A stretch of DNA of 64,000 bases, taken from Candidatus Aenigmatarchaeota archaeon (GTDB lineage: Archaea; Aenigmatarchaeota; Aenigmatarchaeia; CG10238-14; SCSR01). The stretch lies in NCBI GenBank assembly GCA_038998335.1, contig JAVZHQ010000001.1, positions 640,001-704,000 of the forward strand, in the 5' to 3' direction. The translations under genes and the position numbers were made by a program. Each line of letters begins with the position of its first letter. The stretch's first letter is position 1. The notes below the pieces were generated by a model, which was not told where the DNA came from, did not search any database, and was given only the letters and a program-made list of their open reading frames with translations. Below, in pieces: positions 9,547 to 17,501 of the stretch.

Positions 9547-10113
9547 CTAAGGTGTGACTCTTGATAAAGAATAATAAGTTACATCTCCTTCCTTATCTAC
9601 AACAGCCCACCACATAGTAGCTCTTATGTTGTGTGCAAGCCTAACTGCACGAGACATTTCTGGTAATGAAAAAGCAGCTTCCTCAGCAACTGCATGAACT
9701 ATTGCTTTTGTATGCTCATGAGGTGCTTTTGGTCCTCTCTTCAGTTTAACTCCTCTTTCATAAAGTCTAAAGTGAGCACCAAACTTGAAACCAGTTTTAA
9801 CAAGATAACCTCTATTCCTTAAGTCCCGATAAACTATAAATTGTGGATGAAATTGGTTAACATTTTTTGTTCCTATTTCTATTAATTCAGAAAGTTCGAT
9901 TTTTCTTTTTTTATCATTTTCTTTAACAAAAACTCTAATCTTTCCCTTTTCAAGTAAGTAAGCAGCCTCTACCAAATCCAACTCAAGTCTGTTTGGGTTT
10001 TCTTCTGGTAACGGTTTACCATAACCAGAATCATCGTAAAGAATTACTGCTTCAGGATCCCAAATTATTACTCTATTTTCTAATAGTTCACCTTCCCAAA
10101 CTTTTTCGCTCAT
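9547..10113 (-). CDS. endA: tRNA-splicing endonuclease subunit
   Basis: LVEAAYL, VYRDLRNRGY.VKTGFKFG..FRLY, H, AVVD.EGDVTYY. Confidence 0.92.
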   Translation of the reverse strand: MSEKVWEGELLENRVIIWDPEAVILYDDSGYGKPLPEENPNRLELDLVEAAYLLEKGKIRVFVKENDKKRKIELSELIEIGTKNVNQFHPQFIVYRDLRNRGYLVKTGFKFGAHFRLYERGVKLKRGPKAPHEHTKAIVHAVAEEAAFSLPEMSRAVRLAHNIRATMWWAVVDKEGDVTYYSLSRVTP

Positions 10114-10147
10114 GAAATCACTTATTCTTTATAATTTAGCTTATACC

Positions 10148-10660
10148 TTAAATTTTTAATTGTTTCCTGCATTTTTCGCAAACATTTTTTGTTTTTCTGT
10201 CAACATCGAAAACAGTGTTTGAAAAACACATTACGCATTCTGGATTTTCACAGTGTTTTAAGCCTAAAACATGACCCATTTCATGTATAGCTTCTTTTAC
10301 TGCTCTTTTTATTAAAATTTCTTCGTTGTAAGCCTGTTTGTAAAAAGTGGGGTTAAGTCTTGCGATGGAAACTACAGCGACTCTTCCATTTAGCTGGGCT
10401 TGACCAAAAACAAAGTTTAGTTCTTCTGCGTACAAATCTTGGTCTGTTATACCCAAAATTCTTCCCTTAAAGTTTCTTGAAAGAAAGTCTAAGATTTGAG
10501 GGGCTATGTACTGATGTCTGTAAGGATTGTAATATTCTTTTGGTAAACCTTTTTCTGGAAGAATTTCTGAAATTAAACCAAATTCGTTTCTTAGCTCGTC
10601 TTTTACACTGTTTAAAACTCTTTCAGGAATTTTTCCAAAGGGAATTATTGTCAATTTCAT
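10148..10660 (-). CDS. amzA: Archaemetzincin (M54) zinc protease
   Basis: HEMGHVLGLKHC...CVM...C..C; LNFVFGQA. Confidence 0.92.
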   Translation of the reverse strand: MKLTIIPFGKIPERVLNSVKDELRNEFGLISEILPEKGLPKEYYNPYRHQYIAPQILDFLSRNFKGRILGITDQDLYAEELNFVFGQAQLNGRVAVVSIARLNPTFYKQAYNEEILIKRAVKEAIHEMGHVLGLKHCENPECVMCFSNTVFDVDRKTKNVCEKCRKQLKI

Positions 10661-10863
10661 AATTAAATAATGGTTAAAAGAATAAAAAGAATTAACTAGT
10701 TAAAATTTTTTAGTAGTTTTAAAACAATAAAAAATTATGCATTCAAAAATTGAAACTTGTTATGAAAAAATTTGTAAAATGGCAAGAGTTGCCTCAAGCG
10801 TTAATAGAGAATATGTATAAAAACTTATGGGACAGGAGGGATTTGAACCCTCGACACACCGGT

Positions 10864-10875
10864 AACCGCTTAGTT
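10864..10875 (-). other. 12-nt tRNA intron at canonical 37/38 position
   Basis: AACTAAGCGGTT inserted after G37; relaxed BHL-type pairing. Confidence 0.8.
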
Positions 10876-10904
10876 CTTCAGCCGGTTGCTCTCCCGGGCT
10901 GAGC

Positions 10905-10921
10905 TTACAGCACATTAGTGA
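10905..10921 (-). other. 17-nt BHB intron at tRNA position 9/10
   Basis: GGG[ACAG]TA^T-CAC-TAAT-GTG-[CTGT]AA^G-CTC is a strict BHB. Confidence 0.85.
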
Positions 10922-11711
10922 TACTGTCCCTACGACTGTCCCATTTCCTACATAATAAAATGGTTTCTAATTTATTTTGCTTGTTTAGATTTTGAAATCC
11001 TATCTCCTCTTTAAAATTAATTAATGAATTTAACCTTTTAATACGTAACCTTATTCCACAAGTTATTACCCCATCCTTTCGTACATTGAGTGTGTTTGAT
11101 ATAAATATTGTTGATTTTATATTAAAGAATTTTTCAAGACCTTCTTTAATCTCATTTAAGAATTGGAAACCATTATCAAGTAAATTTTGGGATTTCCACA
11201 TTTCCAAACCTATAAATGGGTTGTGTTTGCTGATGTCGACCGTGCCTTCACAATTGAAAACCATCCTAACAAAACTTCTGAAACACTCTTTTTCGTTTTT
11301 AATCCAAGTTGGTACAGAAAACTCTTGCATTACCTTACAACCTTTTGGAACCCCTACTAAATGAAGTACTCTACTCAACAATTTACAATTCACGCCAAAA
11401 TTGAAAGTTTTTCCAAATTTGTTTCCCTTACAAGGCCTCACTCTTCCTTTGATACCGAACAAATTAAAAATTTCATTTCCAAATATTTCTAACTCTTGGA
11501 GATCTTTTGAAGTAAAATCAAATCTCCATTTAGGTTCACCTTGGAGATGCCCATCACACATCAAGGCTGCAACTATAGATGCTAGTTGTGGAGAAGAACG
11601 AACAGGAAACCAATTGCTATGTAAATTAATTGAATTTATTGCATGATCTCTCGATTTGAATAACTTTATTACATCTTCTTCAGTTACTAAAATCTCACTC
11701 ATTTTTAACAC
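10905..11711 (-). CDS. Free-standing double-motif LAGLIDADG homing endonuclease
   Basis: Motifs LASIVAALMCDGHL and FVRMVFNCEGTV; no intein splice residues seen; ORF runs into the tRNA-Phe 5' exon. Confidence 0.85.
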   Translation of the reverse strand: MLKMSEILVTEEDVIKLFKSRDHAINSINLHSNWFPVRSSPQLASIVAALMCDGHLQGEPKWRFDFTSKDLQELEIFGNEIFNLFGIKGRVRPCKGNKFGKTFNFGVNCKLLSRVLHLVGVPKGCKVMQEFSVPTWIKNEKECFRSFVRMVFNCEGTVDISKHNPFIGLEMWKSQNLLDNGFQFLNEIKEGLEKFFNIKSTIFISNTLNVRKDGVITCGIRLRIKRLNSLINFKEEIGFQNLNKQNKLETILLCRKWDSRRDSITNVL

Positions 11712-11802
11712 AAAATAAATAAGAGATAGCCATTTATTTATCTTTCGAAAGTTTAGTTCCGGTAAGTTCTTCTTTTAAGAACTTAGAATCTCTACAAACT
11801 AT

Positions 11803-12483
11803 TTATTTCTTACCAAGCCTAAACTTTATTCCCTCTTTTATAATAAAAATTAATACCCCCAAAACAACTCTTACTCCTCTTATTATTCCACTTTTCTTCT
11901 TGTAAAGAACTTTTACAGGAACTTGTTTTATTTTAAGCCTATTTTTTAAGGCTTGAATAAACAAAGCATTTTCTATTATGTAGCCTCCATAAACAGCCTT
12001 GCTTAAAGTTTTAATTTTGTTTCCAGCTATAGCTATTAAACCACAATTTGTATCTTTAAAGCTAGTTCCAAAAAGTAGATTAAAAGAGTTCTTCCATACA
12101 AAATTTCCAAGTTTATGTCTAAAAGGAATTTTTTTAAAATCTCTATAGCCTGTAACAAACTCAGCTTCTTTTGCTTCTATCGGAGCTAAAAGTTTTAAGG
12201 CTTCTTCTGGGAAGTATTGTAAATCAGCATCAAGAAGAACAACGGCCTTGACATCTTTCCTTCTTTTCAGGAATTCAAAGCCTGTTTTTAAAGCTTCGCC
12301 TTTTCCTTTGTTTACTTCATGTTTTAACACTATGGCTCCAGCTTTTTTTGCTAGCTCGTAAGTTTTATCATGAGAGCAATCGTCGATAACTATTGGAACC
12401 ATATCAAGTTTTTTAACTCTTTTTACAACTTCATAAATCGTTTTTTCCTCGTTATAAGCTGGTATTAGACTAAAAACTTTCAT
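11803..12483 (-). CDS. Family 2 glycosyltransferase (DPM1-like)
   Basis: IPAYNEE, IDDCS.D, NKGKG.A, DADLQ, DTNCG. Confidence 0.92.
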   Translation of the reverse strand: MKVFSLIPAYNEEKTIYEVVKRVKKLDMVPIVIDDCSHDKTYELAKKAGAIVLKHEVNKGKGEALKTGFEFLKRRKDVKAVVLLDADLQYFPEEALKLLAPIEAKEAEFVTGYRDFKKIPFRHKLGNFVWKNSFNLLFGTSFKDTNCGLIAIAGNKIKTLSKAVYGGYIIENALFIQALKNRLKIKQVPVKVLYKKKSGIIRGVRVVLGVLIFIIKEGIKFRLGKK

Positions 12484-12729
12484 AAATAGGTTAAGAAAAA
12501 ATAAACTTTTAAAGGTAAACTTTTTTGATTTCAGCCCACCAATTTTTTCGATTGTACAGATTAAGAGTATCTATAAGCTTATCAAAACTTTCCTTTGATT
12601 CAAAAATTGAAGGACGAGAATCTGGCAGGTAAATATGAAAAAATTTTTTTCTACTTTTTGGGTTTTTAGCTCTACTAAAATTTCATAAACAGGTTCTGTT
12701 GCTTTTCCTTTTAAAAATGGTTAAAGTAG

Positions 12730-13272
12730 CTAAAGATTTATTTTTAAACTTCTCAAAGTATCTTCAAAAATTTTGTAAGTTTTTGAATCGTAAAGGAAAA
12801 ACACAACTCTTTCTATGTTCGTTTTTTCCTTCAAGTAGTTTATAATAGCTTCTAACATTATTCTTGCACATCTTTCTTTTGGAAAACCAAAAGCTCCTGT
12901 TGAGATAGCAGGAAAAGCTATGCTTCTCAAATTATACTTTTCAGCAAGCTTTAGGCTATTCAAAGTTGCGTTTCTTAACTTTTCGTCTTCATTTCCTTCC
13001 CCATAAACAGGACCAACCGCATGGATAACATATTTTACTTTTAGGTTTCCTCCTGAAGTTATTCTTGCTTCCCCAACAGGACAAAAACCTATTTTATCGC
13101 ACTCTTCCTGAATTTTTGGTCCGCCTTTTTTTCTTATCGCTCCTGCTACTCCTCCGCCAAGCTTAAGTTTAGAGTTAGCAGCGTTAACTATTGTATCGCC
13201 TTCGAAATCTGTTATATCACCTTGAATAAGTTCTAAAATGCTTTTGTTAATTTTTACTTTCATAACGCTCAA
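12730..13272 (-). CDS. Macro domain (ADP-ribose binding/hydrolase) protein
   Basis: GDIT, IVNAAN..L..GGGVAGAI, VIHAVGP, AFPAISTGAFGFP. Confidence 0.95.
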   Translation of the reverse strand: MSVMKVKINKSILELIQGDITDFEGDTIVNAANSKLKLGGGVAGAIRKKGGPKIQEECDKIGFCPVGEARITSGGNLKVKYVIHAVGPVYGEGNEDEKLRNATLNSLKLAEKYNLRSIAFPAISTGAFGFPKERCARIMLEAIINYLKEKTNIERVVFFLYDSKTYKIFEDTLRSLKINL

Positions 13273-13323
13273 AAATTTAGAGAAAAATACTGTTTAAATA
13301 ATTTTCGGTAAAAATTACTTTAC

Positions 13324-13833
13324 ATGAAAAAACTAACTACCAAACAATACGTTTCAATATTTTTTTTAATACTCCTTGCGTTTTTCTTTTTAAGTTTTGC
13401 AGAAATAGCAGTAGAAGGTCCTTATGGAGGAGCGACTAAGAGTTATGGTTGGAAGATTCAGATTTATGATTCTGTCTATCTAAGAGAGTATCACTTTTTT
13501 CTATTTTATTTAACAATACCAACACTACTTTCAATTTCTATAATCTTAGTTGGGTTTGATTTAAGATTAATCAGTATTTTAATTTTAGGGTATTCAATTG
13601 GTAGTATTTTAGAAGACTTTTGTTGGTTTGCTTTTAACCCTTACTACGGAATCCACAAATTTTCGCCAGAATTTTATACCTGGACCATTTGGATAAATGT
13701 TTTAGGTTTAAAAATCCCTATACTGTACTTCATTTACTCACTAATAATTCTTGCTGATGTTTTCTTTATTTTAAAAATAATCCCAATTATCGAAAAACAT
13801 AAACAAAATAAACCAGAAATGTTCGGATTTTAA
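13324..13833 (+). CDS. Hypothetical membrane protein
   Basis: 169 aa, about 4 TM segments, EDFCWF.FNP motif. Confidence 0.6.
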   Translation: MKKLTTKQYVSIFFLILLAFFFLSFAEIAVEGPYGGATKSYGWKIQIYDSVYLREYHFFLFYLTIPTLLSISIILVGFDLRLISILILGYSIGSILEDFCWFAFNPYYGIHKFSPEFYTWTIWINVLGLKIPILYFIYSLIILADVFFILKIIPIIEKHKQNKPEMFGF

Positions 13834-13838
13834 TTTAG

Positions 13839-13925
13839 CGCCCTCGCTGGGATTTGAACCCAGGACCTACCGGTTAACAGCCGGGTGCTCTACCACTGAG
13901 CTTTCCTCGTAATTACTACGAGGGC
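13839..13925 (-). tRNA. tRNA-Asn(GTT) with intron at 8/9
   Basis: Removing 13903..13917 gives GCCCTCGTAGCTCAGTGGTAGAGCACCCGGCTGTTAACCGGTAGGTCCTGGGTTCAAATCCCAGCGAGGGCG. Confidence 0.9.
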
Positions 13926-14676
13926 TGCGAGGGCTTAATATATTTTTTAACAACTTGTTTTCATCAATTAAATATTCTTCTATACTTTTATAGAATTTCC
14001 TTAAATTATTAGGCGTTATAACAAAAACTTTATAACCTCTTTGTTGTAAATCCTTTATCTTCTTTTTTAATTTCATAGCTTTATCAAAACCTTTCCACAT
14101 GCTACATTCTACAATAAGGTTACCAACCTTGAAATCTGGGAAATAATATTTTTTATTGACATTTATACAAGGTTCGTATTGATAATTTATTCCAAATTGA
14201 AATAATGTATCAGCAATTTTCTTTTCTAAAGTATTTCTGACGAGTTCACCACGTTTGGTTTTAAATTTGTAGCTTCCAATCTTCTTAAACCGTTCATATT
14301 GCTCTAAGAAATATTTTTCACCTAATTCTTTTCTAAGTTTTTTATGTAACCTGCTAGAAGCTTTTTTCATCTTAATTAGATTTTTTCTGAATGTTTTGCT
14401 TCTAACCTTCTTTAAGTAGCTGGCTTTACCACCAATCCTTTGTTTCCAGTTTTTATCTAACCGTTTTTGAATAATTTGCACGATATCAACTTCTTCTAAA
14501 CCTAAAAATTTCATGAGTTTGTTAAGAACATATCGAGAAATAGGTCTACCTTTATGTTTATAATAATATATTGCAGATTTCACTACATTTAAGGTTTTTG
14601 CCAACTTTCTTTCACTACCAGCCTTTTTTATGGCCATGTTAATTATGTTTTTCTGATCTTTTAATTTAAAATACAT
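13867..14676 (-). CDS. HTH + PD-(D/E)XK-type nuclease, putative free-standing homing endonuclease
   Basis: N-terminal HTH-like SERKLAKTLNVVKSAIYYY; C-terminal GELVRNTLEKKIAD.L...I.Y.YEP...YFPDF...IVE; very basic; reads into tRNA-Asn. Confidence 0.7.
   Translation of the reverse strand: MYFKLKDQKNIINMAIKKAGSERKLAKTLNVVKSAIYYYKHKGRPISRYVLNKLMKFLGLEEVDIVQIIQKRLDKNWKQRIGGKASYLKKVRSKTFRKNLIKMKKASSRLHKKLRKELGEKYFLEQYERFKKIGSYKFKTKRGELVRNTLEKKIADTLFQFGINYQYEPCINVNKKYYFPDFKVGNLIVECSMWKGFDKAMKLKKKIKDLQQRGYKVFVITPNNLRKFYKSIEEYLIDENKLLKNILSPRSPRSNYEESSVVEHPAVNR
13903..13917 (-). other. 15-nt BHB intron at tRNA position 8/9
   Basis: AGC[CCTC]GT^A-GT-AATT-AC-[GAGG]AA^A-GCT is a strict BHB. Confidence 0.85.
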
Positions 14677-14712
14677 AATAAAAACTTTGTTTATTACTAT
14701 TTAAAGTTACTT

Positions 14713-14731
14713 CCAACTGAGCTACGAGGGC
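14713..14731 (-). repeat. Orphan intron-less 5' fragment of tRNA-Asn
   Basis: GCCCTCGTAGCTCAGTTGG; the first 16 nt equal the spliced tRNA-Asn 5' end. Confidence 0.85.
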
Positions 14732-14781
14732 TTTTAAACTACTAATATATTATTAGAAAAAATTTTAAAAGTAAGTTTAAT

Positions 14782-15855
14782 CTAAGGTAAGAAATCCTTT
14801 TTCTCTATTTTTTCTGGCAAATAGTTTTCTGTTATAAATTTCAGGCCTTTTCCTGACAAAGCTTCCAACTCAGCTTTTATTTTCCTTTCAATCATAAGCT
14901 TAAGCTCTTTTTGCCAGACTGGATGTTTGAACCATTCATAATTCAACATTTCTTTTGCTCTTTTTATGTCAACCTCTTCTGCTTTTATAGTAAAATCTTT
15001 TAAACCAAACTTATCTATGTCGCTTATCGTTAAACCTAAAAATTTTGCGTTTGGTGTACCAAGTCTGTCAGAAACATGAGCTAAGCTCATCGAGCCATAT
15101 TTTATAACCGAATAAATGTACCAACCGTAACTGTCTGCATCAGTAAAAACATAAACTGGAAGGTTAAACTCTGTAGCCAATCTTTGAATTAATCTTCTTG
15201 TCCCTCTTGCAGCCTGACCTTGAGTTGTGACTAAAATACACTTGTGTTTTTTCCAAAACTTATCCTCATGCAACCTTTCAAAAGCTGCGTTCTTTTCTAT
15301 AACAAGAATAAAATTAGCGTTAACTTTTTTAAATTCTAAATCTTCTACGTTGCTTGGGATAGCCCAACCCCCTGAACCAAGCTTTGACCAATCAATAGTG
15401 TCTCCTCTATCTCTAATTATCACATCACCTACAACCCTTCCTCTTACGTCAGCGTTTAAATGTAGCTGTTCTCTTAAAACATCTAGCATAACTTCTAAAT
15501 CAACAACTATAGGATCACTTTCATTTTGTTCGTTGAACGTGTTTTCCTGAGAGTTTGGTAAAGTTCTTTTCAAGGCATAAAACAAATCCCTTAGGCTTGT
15601 ATGAAGGTTTTGCTCTAGTAATTCCTTACAAAAAGCAGCAACTAACATAGTTTGCATAAATTTCTTTGCATGTCCAGTGTGAAACAAAAATCTTTTTGCA
15701 GTTTTTTCTCCTAAGGTTAGCATTCCTGTTTTTTTATCGTAAATAATATTAGAAAGTGAACGAATAGGAACTTCTATGTTTGGGTTCTCTTTTTTCTCTA
15801 TATCACTTAGAACTTTTTTCCCTAAATCTTCAAGTTTTTTCTTCGTTTCTTTCAT
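14782..15855 (-). CDS. top6A: DNA topoisomerase VI subunit A
   Basis: SLRDLFY catalytic Tyr, IEK, TDAD.YG toprim motifs, KAELEAL. Confidence 0.96.
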   Translation of the reverse strand: MKETKKKLEDLGKKVLSDIEKKENPNIEVPIRSLSNIIYDKKTGMLTLGEKTAKRFLFHTGHAKKFMQTMLVAAFCKELLEQNLHTSLRDLFYALKRTLPNSQENTFNEQNESDPIVVDLEVMLDVLREQLHLNADVRGRVVGDVIIRDRGDTIDWSKLGSGGWAIPSNVEDLEFKKVNANFILVIEKNAAFERLHEDKFWKKHKCILVTTQGQAARGTRRLIQRLATEFNLPVYVFTDADSYGWYIYSVIKYGSMSLAHVSDRLGTPNAKFLGLTISDIDKFGLKDFTIKAEEVDIKRAKEMLNYEWFKHPVWQKELKLMIERKIKAELEALSGKGLKFITENYLPEKIEKKDFLP

Positions 15856-17497
15856 TTCCAACTACCTCTTTTAAAGTTGTCTGCTTTACCTTTTTAATTT
15901 TTTCCTCTTGCTTTTCTTTTTCAATTTCTTCTTCAGCTTTACTTTCCATTTCCTCTATTGTTAAGTCAACTTTTTTCTTTATCATTTCTTCCAATTTCTT
16001 CAAAATAGTTTTGTAATCTTTATTTGTAAGTTTTGCCACCGCTCTTGCAACTTCTGGCACATACCTTTCAAATATTTGTCTTCTTAAAAGCCTTTCTCTT
16101 GCTTTTCTCTTTTGTCTTATATAGCTTGCAAGCTTCCTTCCTGCATCTTGTAAAGCAAGTTTTATTTCTTTAACAATTTCTGGATAGTTAGCTATTGCCT
16201 GCTTTCCTTCAGAAGTAAAAGGAACCCAAACAGAAGCAAAATGAACAAGAATTGCTAAAGGTCCTACAGGTAAAGAGCCTGCTGATTGTTGTAAGCCATA
16301 TCTTCTCCAATCAACTTCTGCTATTGCTTCTGTTATTGCACAATCTCCTTGATGGTAAAGTAAAGGAACCTTATTCGCAAACCTTAAAATTTTTGCAGTT
16401 TCATTTTCTTGTAACTTTCCTCCATAGGCTAAACCACATTCAACTAAAAATGGATAACCTCTATAAACTGTTGGTGGTCTAGAAACAGCAACATAATACT
16501 CAGCCTCTATTTCTTTTTTCAAACCCTCCTCTATTAACTTTTCTGTTAGCGGAGATAGACAATTTGTTGGTGGAGACATAAGCTTAACCATTTGCATAGC
16601 TTTATGTAACTTTTCAGATTCTTCTGGAGTAAGGTCTTGTGGTTTTCTGTTGAGTTCAATTTTTGCTAGCTTACAAATTTGTTCTGCAGAATTTTTTCCA
16701 ACTCTGCAGAACTCTGTTGTCAAAAAGCTAAGCATATTCTTTGCTTTTGTATCCTTAAGCATTCTTCTCAAAATCCCAAGCTCAACGCCATAAGGATGAG
16801 GTTTAATTTCTTTTGGTTGGGCAGGAATTTCGTTAATTGTTCTTTCAAACTCTATTTTTCCGTTTGGACCATCAAAAATGATACGAGCATAAGGATTGAC
16901 TATTGCTGTTTGTTTTATGTATTCTAAAACGGAAGGTGGTTTTTCTGTGTACCTTCCTTCTATTTCCATCTCTATTCTTACACCATGCCATTTTTTTGAA
17001 TTTTTTTCTTTCTTGAAAGAAATTATGTGAGGCTCATTTTTTGCAACGTCTATCATAAGTTCAAAAATTGTAATATCTTTGCCTGTGCTTGTAATAATTT
17101 TTGTTGGTTTGCCTGTAGTTAATTGAGAATATAGAATTGCACCATGGATGCCTAAACCTTGAACTCCTCGACTTTGTCTAAGCCTATGGAACTTACTTCC
17201 GTACAAAAACTTACCAAAAGCATAAGGTACTTTTGATTCAACTACTCCTGGGCCGTTATCTTCAACTATAACTTTAAACCTATCGATGCCAACTTGCTTA
17301 ACTGAAACATAAATTTCTGGTAAAATGTTTGCTTCATTGGTGGCATCTAACGCGTTATCTAAAGCCTCTTTTACTACTGTAATCAAACTTTTTGTTGGAT
17401 TTTCATAACCTAACAAATGCCTATTTTTCTCGAAAAATTCTGCTACACTAACTTCTCTCATTTCCTTTGCCATTTTTTCAGCAATACTCTCTTCCAT
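15830..17497 (-). CDS. top6B: DNA topoisomerase VI subunit B
   Basis: SVAEFFEKN, EALDNALDA, EDNGPG, SRGVQGLG GHKL motifs, RFANKVPL. Confidence 0.97.
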   Translation of the reverse strand: MEESIAEKMAKEMREVSVAEFFEKNRHLLGYENPTKSLITVVKEALDNALDATNEANILPEIYVSVKQVGIDRFKVIVEDNGPGVVESKVPYAFGKFLYGSKFHRLRQSRGVQGLGIHGAILYSQLTTGKPTKIITSTGKDITIFELMIDVAKNEPHIISFKKEKNSKKWHGVRIEMEIEGRYTEKPPSVLEYIKQTAIVNPYARIIFDGPNGKIEFERTINEIPAQPKEIKPHPYGVELGILRRMLKDTKAKNMLSFLTTEFCRVGKNSAEQICKLAKIELNRKPQDLTPEESEKLHKAMQMVKLMSPPTNCLSPLTEKLIEEGLKKEIEAEYYVAVSRPPTVYRGYPFLVECGLAYGGKLQENETAKILRFANKVPLLYHQGDCAITEAIAEVDWRRYGLQQSAGSLPVGPLAILVHFASVWVPFTSEGKQAIANYPEIVKEIKLALQDAGRKLASYIRQKRKARERLLRRQIFERYVPEVARAVAKLTNKDYKTILKKLEEMIKKKVDLTIEEMESKAEEEIEKEKQEEKIKKVKQTTLKEVVGNERNEEKT

Positions 17498-17501
17498 TTT
17501 A

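Larger units (their letters stand above)
10828..10930 (-). tRNA. tRNA-Phe(GAA) with two introns (9/10 and 37/38)
   Basis: Removing 10905..10921 and 10864..10875 gives GGGACAGTAGCTCAGCCCGGGAGAGCAACCGGCTGAAGACCGGTGTGTCGAGGGTTCAAATCCCTCCTGTCCCA, a canonical cloverleaf. Confidence 0.9.
13903..14731 (-). mobile_element. Putative nuclease/micro-intron element inserted at the 5' end of tRNA-Asn
   Basis: Bounded by an intron-less tRNA 5' remnant (14713..14731) and the intron-containing tRNA 5' end. Confidence 0.65.

Noticed and set aside
9715-9760. EndA Lys-rich insertion as a hidden BHB intron (GAGG/CCTC pairing)
   Set aside because: No outer helix, and the implied excisions (14 or 32 nt) would break the frame
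11759-11785. CCGGTAAGTTCTTC resembling the tRNA-Phe anticodon region, with a 9-bp inverted repeat (11763..11785)
   Set aside because: The match is short and gapped, and not a 5' tRNA remnant like the Asn one; probably chance or a terminator-like hairpin
12500-12725. Possible frameshifted gene remnant on the minus strand
   Set aside because: No start codon or recognisable motif; cannot be supported without a search
13839-14731. Integrase-type island with attL/attR at tRNA-Asn
   Set aside because: No tyrosine or serine recombinase motifs; only a single nuclease-like ORF lies between the repeats
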